Origin: Paraspadella gotoi
Taxonomy: Eukaryota; Animalia; Chaetognatha
Reading direction: 5' to 3'
DNA length: 26,327 nt
Assembly: GCA_051294375.1 (NCBI GenBank)
Contig: JBJCIZ010000766.1
Span: forward strand, 1 to 26,327
Shown piece after piece: positions 1 to 11,159 of this stretch (the stretch's first letter is position 1; each line of letters opens with the position of its first letter). The notes beneath the pieces were generated by a model that saw only the letters and a list, made by a program, of their open reading frames with translations, was not told the DNA's origin and made no database searches. A program made the translations under genes and the position numbers.

Positions 1-358
1 TAAGATATTACACTTTCATAATATCCCAATATTAATGTAAATTAATATATGTTTTACCAAGAAATCATAAAATAACAGAAAGTTGTGGATTCCCTTCGCT
101 CGATTTAAGAAAAAAAAATTAACTAGCGGAATTATAAGTTTGTAAGAGGAAGTCAGAATCGGCAAAAATCTTAAAAGGCGAGAATGTTGAAAAAAAGGGG
201 TGGAATTTTGATGGGTTTCCTAAGATTTCTCCACAATGTGAGGTCCGATTAAAGCGAAACTTGAGATTTACAATATTCCCGTCATTCCACATCTATCGAT
301 ATAAAAATATAAGAAAAAAGTCACTGGCTTCTTTTTCTATAGCGGCTTCCTAGGAGAA

Positions 359-398
359 GAGAAGAAGAGAGAGAGAACAAAAGACTCGCTGCAGGATA
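359..398 (+). repeat. 40-bp sequence identical to 7473-7512, probable end of an unclassified interspersed repeat
   Basis: GAGAAGAAGAGAGAGAGAACAAAAGACTCGCTGCAGGATA occurs at both positions. Confidence 0.7.
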
Positions 399-707
399 NN
401 NNNNNNNNNNNNNNNNNNNNNNNGTCAGCGCGATGCCCCACGAGCGACGCCGCCGCCGCTTTTCTCCTCTCGTTCGAAGGGCCGACGCGGAGCCGTCAGC
501 GCGGCGCCGACCGCCGGCGCCGCGGGTCACTGTAATGTTTGTTGCCAATGGTTCAAGGACGCCGGGCAGCACTTGGCTTCTCTGCAGCACGCAGTCAGGC
601 GGAATCTTGTTCAACGCCAACTTGAAGAAGAGGAAACTCCGACAGAGTGAAAACCAGTAAAGGAAAAGGAGAGACTAGATACTAATAATATAAGATATAT
701 ATATCTT

Positions 708-906
708 AGAATTAAAGTGAAATTTTGTTTTTTTTCTCTCTTCTTCAATACCAAATCTGTAAAATTTTTCACAACATTGCGCTGATGAAGGCTAACATAC
801 TAACATACTAGCCGAAACATTTACGTTTTTTCTCCTTGAAAATAAAAACAAAATTTCACTTTATTCTAATTTCAAAACGCAACGAAACCGAAAGCTCGAA
901 ATAACA
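708..906 (+). mobile_element. Miniature non-coding Penelope-like (pLTR-derived) insertion
   Basis: 13-bp direct repeat ATATATATATCTT at 695-707 and 907-919 (TSD, though low complexity). Inverted repeat ~706-733 vs 844-869 with one indel. 37-nt unpaired tail at 870-906. Internal hammerhead core. Confidence 0.7.
779..826 (+). ncRNA. Minimal type I hammerhead ribozyme motif (Penelope type), possibly degenerate
   Basis: GCG-CTGATGA-A-GGCTA...TAGCC-GAAA-CATTTA-CGT: core CUGAUGA (782-788), 5-bp stem II (790-794/809-813), GAAA (814-817), putative cleavage after UA at 823, 3-bp stem I GCG/CGT. Loop-3 region ACATTT is one base from the palindrome ACATGT. Confidence 0.7.
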
Positions 907-2289
907 ATATATATATCTTCATCTTCTAAGTGTGATGGAGGCCTTAAACCACCAAAGCCTGTCCAAAGTCAGAGACAAGATAGGTTATTTAGGGCTGCGC
1001 ATCGTTCGAATCGAAGTTTCGATCAAGATTCCTTTATATTCACTTCTATTCAAAACTGCATACTCAAGCCCATATAAATTATGTCAATATGGGTAGATTT
1101 CGAAAGCTTGGCGTCTTGTTAAGCCAACGGAGGTAGAGCGCGATCGAAATTCCCATTTTATCATGCCCAAGAAATGTATTTAAATGAACTGGTCAGACCG
1201 TTTTTTCTCTTTCCCAAAAAACCTGCTGGCTCATGAGTAAAAAATTACAAATCATACATATCAGTACAGTTTTGGAGAGCTTATTGTCTCTCTACTTGAT
1301 GAAAAGAAGTTAAAATTCTTGCAATCTTTATTGCTTGATAAAGCAATCAAATGAACTGCTTTTTTAGGTGAAAACTGCATAGTCAATCCTTCAATTTTTT
1401 TTGTTCTAAGATCATCGAAAGAAACTGTATTGTTTTACTATCTGTTTCAGGTAGAGCGGGGGTAAAATTTAGAGAGTTTATATTAAATTTAGAGCAAACA
1501 GAAAGGATATCAAGTTCCGGTCTTTATTGAAAATGGTTGAGGACATCAATTAAAAATAAGCATTGATCATGCGCGATCCGGGCCAGATAAATACCATATT
1601 TCAACATGGCTTTACCGTATTTTTACGTTTAGAACGCGGTCTGTGTGAAATGTTTTGAATTTCACGCCTGGATATTGGCGTTCGAGGCGTCGTTTGTCTC
1701 TTTATCTTCTCTTTATGAAAATACGCTGAATAACGAGGAAATTGATTAATAAAGCTCTGCTTACAATCCTCGCATTCAGATAAAAAACTAGTTTTTCCAG
1801 GATTGTTCAGTTACTATTAACAAAATAAATTTAAATTGCCCCATAATATAAATTAGGCCAAAATACGGATTAATTAAAAACCATCTCCAGCTATTTCTAA
1901 TCATGTAAGAGTAACATTTTTGCAATCTTTTAGGAAAAAAACTCATTTCGTTTTAGCCATAGATAATTTTTAAAGACCACAATTAATTTGTGACTTTTGT
2001 GACTTGCATTTATTTTAATAAGATAAGATTTTAAATTTATTTTATAGTTTTAACAGTTGAGGAACATACTGACGTTAAAAAACAAAAAAAACCGCATCGT
2101 TTTAAACCAATGGAAGCGTCAGGACTTGTTTTTTCTCAGAATCGACAGATTTTGCGGAAAAATTTTCCAAAAATCTGTCGATGTATTAAATTTGCCAGGC
2201 AACCAAAATTGAAAGAAAAATCATGAGATACAGTAAATTTCTTTTCTTATAATGAATATTAAGAAATTTCTTTGATTGGCTCAATGTAA

Positions 2290-2650
2290 ATGCAGAAAAG
2301 TAGTGGGAGGGAACAGGAAAGGAGAACAAGAAAAGGAGAAGGGAGAATGAGAGAGAAAGGGGGAAAAGCATAAAAAAGAAGGCAAAGGAGAAAAAAAATA
2401 AGGAGATAAAGAAAGGCGAAAAAAAGAAAGGAAAAATGGAAAGAAAAAGAGGGGAAAAGAGGGGAAAAGAAAGAGAAGGAAGAAGGCGATAAAAAAGGAT
2501 AAGGAAAGTCAAATAGTGGCAGAGAAGTAGGACATAGAAAAGTAAGTTACGGCGTGAAAGTAGGGGAGGAAAGAGGAAGATAAAAATAGAAACCAAGAGA
2601 AGAAAAGAGATGAAGAAAGAGAATCAGGGAAACGGTATGAAAGGAAAAAA
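2290..2650. repeat. Purine-rich (GA) low-complexity tract
   Basis: Almost entirely G/A on the + strand. Explains the spurious Phe/Leu/Ser-rich minus ORF 2186-2596. Confidence 0.85.
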
Positions 2651-3117
2651 AAATGTATCAGATAATGTGGCATCTTGTCTGAAAAGTTTTGTGTAATAAA
2701 AGCCACAAAAATTAAAAAGAGGAATTTGATCTTTAAAAGTTATTGGTACCATAAAATTCATTCTACTTTCATCTCAAATTAGGTTGTTAATGAGATTAGA
2801 TTGATAATCTCCAAAGAAATCATGTCTTACCGTATTTTTAACTCATAGAAATTTAACTGAACAGTACTAGGTAATAAGAATGAGATAACCATACCAAACC
2901 GTTTTTTTAAATAAAGAAAACTTATACTAATCACTGAGATCAAAAGAGATGGTAATATTTAAGTTCAGAAAGCGTTATCTAAAGGACGTCGATCGTACGT
3001 GAGCCTAAAGAGAAGAAAGTTTAACAAGAGAGAAAGAGACAAAGAAAGAGAAAATTGAAAAATCATACATATCAGTACGGATTCAGATAGCTTATTGTCT
3101 TCTCTACAAGATTTTTT

Positions 3118-3676
3118 TTTAAAGTATGCATACTTTTTTCCAAATTGCATACATTTTCCAACTTCATACTACTTTTTCCAAGTATGCCTACTTTTTCAAA
3201 GTATGCATATTTTTCGAGTATGCTTACTTTTTTTGAAGTCTCTCTTTTTCAAATTGCATATTATCAACTTGCATACTATTTTTCCAAGTAGCCTACTTTT
3301 TTCCAATATGCCTACTTTTTAATATGTTTACTTTTTGAAGTATGCCTACTTTTTTGAAGTATGCTACTTTTTCGAAGTATGCATACTTTTTCGAAGTATG
3401 CACTCTTTTTCAACTGCATACTTTTCAACTGCATACTTTTTCAACTTGCATACTTTTTTCAACTTGTATAATTTTTTCAACTTGCATACTTTTTCAACTG
3501 CATACGTTTTTTCACTTGCATACTTTTTTCAGCTTGCATACTATATTTCAGCTTGCATACCTTTTTCAACTTGCATACCTTTTTTAACTTGCATACCTTT
3601 TTAACTTGCATATTTTTAAGCTGATTACCGCTAAATTATTCGTAGTCAAATCCGACATTGTTTGCTCAAACTTGTT
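3118..3676 (-). mobile_element. Partial DINE-1/HINE-like element: 5' head plus ~17-18 bp minisatellite
   Basis: 3618-3676 is the reverse complement of the head at 9111-9170 (aacaagtttgagcaaacaatgtcgga...). Adjacent tandem array of AAGTATGCATACTTTTT / CAACTTGCATACTTTTT units at 3118-3615. Confidence 0.75.
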
Positions 3677-3983
3677 CATAATAAAATATGCTGGATTCAG
3701 ATATGACAAATTTTAGATATAAACTATCATCATCATCATTAGTTTAATTAATTTATTCATTGCATCAATTTACTTACCATTATCAATCATTATCTTTTAA
3801 TTATAGTTTTATTGCTATCATATTAAAAATCAGTTATCATAAAATTAAAATGATTCAAAAATGAAAATTTAATCGTGAAGTGAAGTGACGATAGTGAATT
3901 CTCTATCTGAATTAACGATATTAAATTGAGTTTGTTTAATAGTAGTTTTGGCTGGTGAGATCAGTCAATATACTTTCAATTTA

Positions 3984-6132
3984 ATAGTTTGATTTGTCTT
4001 TTCATGCCAATAATATAAAAGGAAAACAAATTATTTCTGGAAGTAACATAATATTTATTTTAAATAAGCACTGATCTTCAGAGACTTCTGTCTTCCTCAA
4101 AGGTGCATAACAAATTAACACAAATTTTACAAAACAGTTTTAGGTAAGGTTTTCTACTCTTCCATTTGGCTGAAATCCATTCTCCTCACTCTGGCCATTT
4201 CTTCTCCTCTCTGCCTTGAATTCTATAGGCTTGAGATGAACTTAAACCAAATTGTTTTTTGTCTTTTATTTTCAAAGGTGACCTTAAGAGCCTTGTCCCA
4301 TTCAGTGCTCAAATTTCCTTCATTTCTATTACTGTTTTAAGTTTATTCTTTTTAATATGAATACTTTCTAAGGACAATCTTTTTAATTTATTATTTTCTT
4401 GTTCTAATATTTACATTCATCCCAAATAACCCTGGGTCAGGAAATTGACAGGTATTAGTGCAATCAAAAAGATGTTCTAAAATAGCAGAATCTTTTATTT
4501 TATTATCTTTTACATAATTCTTATGTTCCGATTTTCTTTTTTCCCACAACCTGTCAGTTTCCCCAATGTACATTTTACCACATTTTTAAGGGATTTGATA
4601 AACAATACCAGATTTTTGTTCATCAGGGACGGATCTTTAAGTTTAATTAGGTTTGATTAATTGTATTACAACTTTGTAAGCAGGTAAAATATTAAAACGT
4701 TTACATATCCTATTTAAAGTAGAAGCTATTACAGGTCCAGGAAAAGGAATTGTCATTCTTTGTTTAGTTAATTGTTCTACTTTATTTGTTTTTTGATTTC
4801 ATCAAATATAATAGGATTTCTTAGTTTTTGTAATTACTCTCTTGAACCTTGCTTTCAGTTTTTAATATTACTTCTTTGCCTTCTCTGTCCATCCATTTGC
4901 AACAGAAACAGATTCTATTAAAGTCAATTCATCTTTAACAACTGTTCATTAGAACAATATTTAAGGCTCTTCTAGTACTGGTTTCAATAATAGATTTTTT
5001 AGATTTAAAATCACAAAAGGAAGAGAATATGTATATAAATTTGTGTGCGTTTTCTTTCTAAATACACTGTTTCAATGCTTCCATTTTCATTTAAAATTCT
5101 TATATCCAGGAAAGAAAATCATTTGTAGTTTGTGATTCAAAAGTAAACTGAATTCTTGGTTCAAAAGAATTAATGTATGTCATAAAAGCTTCAATATCAA
5201 AACTTGGTGAATATTATTTAAAATATCATCCACATAATGACGCCAAAAGGTAAATTATCAATATTAAAATTAGCTAATGATAAATTCCTAGGCTTAATGC
5301 CTATTTTCAAGATTTTGTAAAAAACATTCAGAACCAACAGTTAAAAGGGAATTACCAATAGGACCATATTAACCAAACGGTAATATGTATTGTGAAAAAC
5401 AATAGCATGTTTAAAGATTATTTCTAAAAATCTTTAATTTCTGGTACACTAAAGGGGGTGTTTAAGTTATCAACATTGTTAAGTATATCACACATTAATA
5501 CTACATTTTGTCTATAGAACTGAAAAGAAAATCGGAACATAATAATTATGTAAAAGATAATAAAATAAAAGATTCTGCTATTTAGAACATCTTTTTGATT
5601 GCATTAATAGTCTAATACCTGTCAATTTCCTGACCCAGGGGTTATTTGGGATGAATGTAAAATATTAGAACAAGAAAATAATATATTAAAAGATTGTCCT
5701 CAGAAAGTATTCATATTAAAAAGAATAAACTTAAAACAGTAAATAGAAATGAAGGAAATTTGAGCACTGAATGGGACAAGGCTCTTAAGGTCACCTTTGA
5801 AATAAAAGAAAAAAACAATTTGGTTTAAGGTCATCTCAAGCCTATAGAATCCAAAGGAGAGAAGAGAAGAAATGGCCAGAGTGAGGAGAATGGATTTTCA
5901 GCCAAATGGAAGAGTAGAAACCTTACCTAAAACTATTTTGTAAATTTTGTGTTAATTTGTTATGCACCTTTGAGGGAGACAGAAGTCTCTGAAGATCAGT
6001 GCTTATTTAAAAATAAATATTATGTTACTTCCAGAAATAATTTGTTTTCCTTTTATATTATTGGCATGAAAAGACCAAATCAAACTATTAACTACTAAAT
6101 CTTCTGCCAAAATCATGACTCTGAAACAAATA
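3984..6132 (-). mobile_element. Degenerate Penelope-like retroelement (RT + GIY-YIG) with inverted 3' duplication
   Basis: Minus strand: RT motif FWRHYVDDI (~5223-5249), FLDI and VFRKKTHT-like segments, GIY-YIG segment YIGETDRLWEKRKSEH...SAILEH (4391-4573), with frameshifts and stops. Inverted arms 3981-4540 and 5523-6091, 41-nt tail 6092-6132, 14-bp TSD ATACTTTCAATTTA at 3970-3983 and 6133-6146. Confidence 0.88.
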
Positions 6133-6357
6133 ATACTTTCAATTTATTACTTCTTTGGCTCTCTTGTCTTTTCCCTTTATATTCTGTTATAATTATGTTA
6201 TTTTTGTTATTAATTTTGTAAGGATTCCTTTTTTTCCGGGCTTCGCTTATTCTATTCTCTTATGAGGCCCGGTTCGCGCATAATCGCTATTATCCGTTTA
6301 AAAGCTTAATACTACGGTAGTTCAAATCCTTATTGGATCAAAACGAGTTAGATTTTA

Positions 6358-7165
6358 GAAAAAGGGTCATTCAATTCAACTTCAAAATAGGTCAAAATGG
6401 AGTAGAAATTCAGAAAGCTGAGCTCCTGGCGATTCCGAACATGTATTCACTTAAACATTTGATGCATTCTACCCCATTTATATCGGTTTAATTATAATAT
6501 AAAATAAAAGAAACCTATCTGAAGAGTTGCAGGTCAAACGAAAAGGCCAATCCATCTGATATTTTATGAATTTTTTATTAGTGAATTCGAAAAATGTAAT
6601 AGAGAGACATTTTTAAATTTCAACTTGTATCCTTGAAATGAAACGTTTTTAAACTTTAACCCTGAATTCTTTCTAACTGGAACACGTTTATCAAAATGTC
6701 TCTCTATTACATTTTTACAAATGTTTTTAAGATTGCTAATCAAATTTTTAATTCAATATTATTGCAGTCGTTTAGGCTGCAACTCTTCAAATTCAGTGTA
6801 ATTCATTGTAGTTCGAATTTCTTTACCATCTATTTAACTGAAGATTTTGTTCATTACTGGAAAACCAACAGAGTAACGAGATTAATTGTTTAATTCTCCC
6901 CTTCTAAACAAACCCATACTGTGTTTTAACTTCTTACCTAGAATTTTTAACAACCAGATTGAAAACAAATCTTTAAAAAATGAGCTTACCATTTTACTTA
7001 ACAATTTGTTATTTACCCATTTAAAAAAAATGATTAAAAACAGAATGTTTACATATAAATAAAAACTTATTTTTTTGTGATTACTGATGATTATAATGTA
7101 TTTCTCGATATATTAGCTCTAATACATCAATGATTACATATTGTTATGCTGAATGACCTTTCCTC
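6358..7165 (+). mobile_element. Non-autonomous TTAA DNA transposon, Kolobok-like (copy 1)
   Basis: Imperfect TIRs GAAAAAGGGTCATTCA / TGAATGACCTTTCCTC, flanked by TTTA and TTAA. Collinear with the second copy at 18985-19860. RR..YY termini with a TTAA target fit Kolobok rather than piggyBac. Confidence 0.75.
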
Positions 7166-7867
7166 TTAAGCGAAAGTTGATCGATTTGAAGCGCGATTTT
7201 CGCGACTGTTTTATGAACGGATTATCCGATTTTTATGAAATTTTGCATATACATAGTATTTTAAATTCCCTATCGATCGGTACCAAATTTATTTAAAAAT
7301 ACTCAATAGTTTAGAAACGATGCTCATCCCCAGTTATTTATTAAATGAATGGATTGAAGCGGAGAGAATACGAGTGAATGTGAAAAAATTATTACACAAG
7401 AAGGCAAAAACGAAAATCAACGAATATGATCTACTGCCAAAAATCCCGAGAGAGGGAGGGATGAGAGAGAGGGAGAAGAAGAGAGAGAGAACAAAAGACT
7501 CGCTGCAGGATAATTTTTTTATTGGTTGTTCCAATTTCATGATAATAATTAATATTATGTTCAACAGGGTGAAGTGAAAGTTTGGAATCAAAATTTAGCA
7601 GTTATATCTTTAAAACTATTATATTAGTGAATACTAATCTATAGTTATTTTTTTTATAAATATAGTAGCCCAGTCAGCTTATTTTGTATATAGTATTACC
7701 CTTATATAATGTCAAGATTTTAAAATGTTTTTTTTTTAAATTTTGAGAACAGATTCAGATTCCTTGTTAAAAGATGTTAAAAAAAATATAAATCTTTTTC
7801 AAAAATTATGTCATTAAGTAGGTTAAAATTATAAAAAATTATATTTCAAGATAGAGGCTCACCTTAC

Positions 7868-8017
7868 CGCCAGAACCCCTCTCTCCTCCGGGCCTTCTCT
7901 TCCCCCTCTCAACGCCTCCTCCTCCCCTCGTCGTCCCCTCCTCTTCATCCCCGGAGTCACGGATAGAGTCTTGGAGATCGGACTCACTCTCTCCACTTCT
8001 CCTCTCGGTCTCGGGGT
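7868..8017 (-). CDS. Candidate internal exon, unknown low-complexity product (DPETERRSGESESDLQDSIRDSGDEEEG...)
   Basis: GC-rich island, tttgcAG acceptor and G|GTAAGG donor, 150 bp, open frame. The acceptor lacks a good pyrimidine tract and no homology was recognised. Confidence 0.3.
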
Positions 8018-8447
8018 CTGCAAAGCTTCCCTCTCCCTTCTCTCCCTTTTATGTACCCTTTTTCCCTTTGTTGTAGCTATTTACCTATTACCAATATATT
8101 CCTTACCCTACTTACCTCTTTTCCCTGATGAGAGACTAGTTAGTACCTACCTTTAGCTAGATACCCATCTTCCCAGTATTTTTAAGCTCAAAATTAAAAA
8201 TCGGCATCTTAAATATTATTTTTTTAGATTTTTGACCAACAAGAATTATACTTTCATATATTAACTTTTTGCAAAGAATCTAAATCCAATCTTAAAATTT
8301 AAAAATTTGTATTTTGAATTTTAGCCATTATATACTTATTACTATATATAAATGTAGCTCACTGGTGCCCACTAATATAATATATATATATATGTAGTCG
8401 GGCATTGCAAAGTTCACCCCGCCTCTAAGCATGACACCTTCAGTCGT

Positions 8448-8678
8448 GATCCGGTGGCTCATTGAGTAAAGCCATCAGCTTATGACCACTAGGTACCTGG
8501 TTCAATCCCAACCCGGTACCTACCCTGCGGGAAGTGTGAGGACGGCCGTAAGCCGCCTTGGGGCGTGGAAAACCCTCAAGCCTGGTTCCAAGCCCAGGAC
8601 CCGTTCCATAGCTGTTAGAGGGGGTTATAGAAGTTACGGATAGTCATCTTCAGCCCACTTAGCGCCTTATCCACATAT
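8448..8678 (+). mobile_element. tRNA-derived SINE candidate
   Basis: Pol III A-box-like TGGCTCATTGAG (8455-8466) and B box GGTTCAATCCC (8499-8509) with tRNA-like spacing, partial acceptor stem (ccgg/ccgg), poorly paired anticodon arm, followed by a GC-rich body. Single copy in the window; 3' end approximate. Confidence 0.6.
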
Positions 8679-8710
8679 ACGTTTTATATGCTAAATTTTA
8701 ATGTTCTTGA

Positions 8711-9040
8711 ATTAATCTTTCTCTCCCCTCACCGTCTCCCTGCGATTCAACCTACCACCTCCGAAACGGCTTCGATCTAAGACACGAGGAGAGGCGCGGC
8801 GTCACCGATCGTCGCATTTTCGTCTTAGAGACGCTCCACGCTCACAAGTCGGCCAAAGCGCTGGCGCTGCAACAACGAAGTCGTCAGACAATCGCCCCTC
8901 GTCTCAAGCGACGCCCCTCTCCTCAAGAGGAAGAGAAAGAAGACGTAGACCCTTTGGATGTCGGCAGAAGAATTCGGCGCGAACTCTATGCCAAGATGAC
9001 CGAGTTGGCTTCATTGTCTGCCTCCAAAGGCCTTCAGTAA
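8711..9040 (+). CDS. Candidate terminal coding exon or pseudo-exon, unknown product
   Basis: GC-rich island with a stop-free frame of 109 codons ending in TAA (...RRIFVLETLHAHKSAKALALQQRSRQ...DPLDVGRRIRRELYAKMTELASLSASKGLQ*). All three minus frames are interrupted. 5' boundary unclear. Confidence 0.35.
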   Translation: MNLSLPSPSPCDSTYHLRNGFDLRHEERRGVTDRRIFVLETLHAHKSAKALALQQRSRQTIAPRLKRRPSPQEEEKEDVDPLDVGRRIRRELYAKMTELASLSASKGLQ

Positions 9041-9110
9041 CTTTGGATGCTTAATAATGTTCTTTAGCCTCAAATTCATATCCAGTTTTTTGTTGGTCAA
9101 TTATGGCAAA

Positions 9111-9960
9111 AAAACAAGTTTGAGCAAACAATGTCGGATCTGCCCACGATAATTAAGCGGTAATCAGCTAAATAAATAAATACTATAGTAGAAATAATTA
9201 CAAATAAAGTACAAATAATTTTTTTAAACTATTATTATTTTTTCCACTTGCATCATTTGTTTTGCTCGCATCATTTTTACAACTTGCATCATTTTTTTTA
9301 ACTGGCTTCATTTTTTCAACTTGCTTCATTTTTTTGACTGGCATCATTTTTTAAACTGGTATCATTTTTAAAATTTGCATCATTTTTTTAATTTGCATTA
9401 TTTTTCAAATTTGCATCATTTTTTTTAACTTGCCTCATTTTTTCAACTTGCTTCATTTTTTCAACTTGCATCATTTTTTTCAACTTCCATCTTTTTTTAA
9501 CTCGCGTCATTTTTTTTACCTTGCTCCATTTTTCTAACTTGCATAATTTTTTCAACTTGAAAAAAATTATTGGACTTGCATAATTTTTTTAACTTGCATC
9601 ATTTTTTCAAATCTCATCTTATTTTCACTTAAATAATTAATTAATTAGTTAAAACATTCATGAGTAAGCATAAATAATAAAATTTCAAGTCAACTTGACT
9701 TTGGTTTTTTGTATGCTAACTCATTTCCACTCGCAGGATTCCATCTAAACTTTATATCCAGCTCAATCAAACACTTTCCTACCCACACACAGACAGACAG
9801 ACACACGGACAGACGGACATCGTTTTTTTGCTTAATTTAGCATAATATGTTGTTCAGAGATGATAAGTGACTTACCGACAAGATTTTGGGGTGTGGGTAC
9901 CGACGGACCGACAAAGTGAATTATAGAGTCAGAATCTGCTGATAAGCAGATCCGACTAAT
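9111..9960 (+). mobile_element. Apparently complete DINE-1/HINE-like (Helentron-associated) non-autonomous element
   Basis: Begins AAAACAAG. Subterminal IR GTCGGATCTGC (9133-9143) / GCAGATCCGAC (9946-9956). Internal minisatellite (AACTTGCATCATTTTTT)n at ~9245-9610, GACA/GACG microsatellite at ~9790-9820, 3' stem-loop at 9927-9957. Confidence 0.85.
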
Positions 9961-10272
9961 AACATTTTACTAAAATGCTTAAAGTAATATTGTATATTTA
10001 TCATTCTTTAAATGAATTTCTTCAAATCTAACTCGATAGTTGATTTTTTTACTTGCATCCTTAGTTATTTGTTTTGTTTGAAAACTCTGGCCTCTAAGTC
10101 TCGCAGTTGGAATACGTCGAGTCCCCTCTTTGAGTCAGATTTACACACCATTTCGCTCGCTTTCCGCCACGACGACGTCTTTGTCGACGTTTCCCACAGG
10201 TACGAACCCCGTTTTGGGCAAGATTTAGGTATACTTTTGCTTCTTAGTTACGTTGTTGTTGTCACGTTTATT

Positions 10273-10320
10273 AAAAACAAGTTTGAGCAAACAATGTCGG
10301 ATCTGCCTACGATAATTAAT
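10273..10320 (+). mobile_element. Truncated 5' head of the same HINE-like family
   Basis: Near-identical to 9111-9156, followed by (TTAA)n-like sequence. Confidence 0.75.
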
Positions 10321-10824
10321 TAATTAATTAATCGATTAATTAATTAATGTTGATAATTAATTATAATCTATATTCAGCTTGTCATCATCGATGTCCTTAA
10401 AATTGTGTCAGGACAGTTATTAAATGTTTTGTTTACATTTTATCAAAACAAACAAATATCCGCCTCCTTCTCTCTCTCACTTTCTCTCTCTCACTNNNNN
10501 NNNNNGTGGGTGAAAAGGCACACTAACATCAACACCTGCTCTGAAATTTGTATAATTATTTGTAAATAGATTCCCAAATTAGTTGTAAAACAGAACTAAG
10601 AACAAGTAGTTAAAACAAAAGAATAAAAAAGAACAAACAATCTAAGAAGCCAAAGAAATATAAAATTAAAACAATAAAAAAAAATTTTTTAAAAATCCCC
10701 ATGGAGATTGAAGATTGAAAACAAAACAGATTAAACCAATCGCTCAGAAACAACAATAATAACAACAATTACAAAGCTACAGAAAAGTACTCCGGCTACC
10801 GACTGACCACGTACGCCGTCGTCT

Positions 10825-11159
10825 GAGGAGGGGGGGACGCATCACAGATGAATGAAACCCGGAAACAGAGGAAAGGATTAAGGAAGAGGATTCCGGAAGA
10901 TTTTGAATGGGATCTTGGAAGCCAAATCCAGAAAAGGAACAATAGTTTCCGGAAGAGGAAAAGAAGGTTCCAGAAGAGGAAGAGGAGGATTCCGGAAGAG
11001 GAATCTGGCTTCGTCTACTTGCCCATTATAAATAGCCTCTGTTTCTGCTTTGATTCACTGTCTGAAAATTGACACTGTCTTCATGTCTATTTTCTGAGAA
11101 TAAAATTCCACTTTGGTTTCATATTGAAATCTCTGTCTACTTACTTAAATGATACTACA
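10825..11159 (+). mobile_element. Possible PPT plus 3' LTR of an LTR retrotransposon cut off by the upstream gap
   Basis: Polypurine tract GAGGAGGGGGGGA (10825-10837), repeated TTCCGGAAGA motifs, TATAAATA (11027-11034), AATAAA (11099-11104), ends ...ACTACA. Starts CG rather than TG; no partner LTR seen. Confidence 0.45.

Noticed and set aside
990-1870. Possible additional MITEs (990-1585, and CCGTATTTT...AAAATACGG at ~1616-1869)
   Set aside because: Terminal matches are short and TSDs unclear. Repeat-like (shares ~50 bp with 3060-3110 and ~20 bp with 6266-6285), but boundaries cannot be supported.
2186-2706. Hydrophobic minus-strand ORFs as a membrane protein
   Set aside because: By-product of the GA-rich low-complexity tract.
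3095-3604. Repetitive ORFs or a CRISPR-like array
   Set aside because: Head-to-tail minisatellite without unique spacers, in eukaryotic context.
5988-6040. CTGAAGA...GAAA in the large Penelope arm as a hammerhead
   Set aside because: No convincing stem II closing onto GAAA and no stem I or cleavage triplet. At most a decayed remnant.
6358-7165. piggyBac assignment based on the TTAA target
   Set aside because: Termini are GA...TC (RR..YY), not the CC..GG type of piggyBac.
8448-8520. Functional tRNA gene
   Set aside because: Anticodon and acceptor stems do not pair properly and no oligo-T terminator follows; better explained as a SINE head.
10012-10323. 103-aa ORF or exon ending at CAG|GTACGA
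   Set aside because: The ORF runs into a HINE head and no domain is recognisable; too little evidence for a CDS call.
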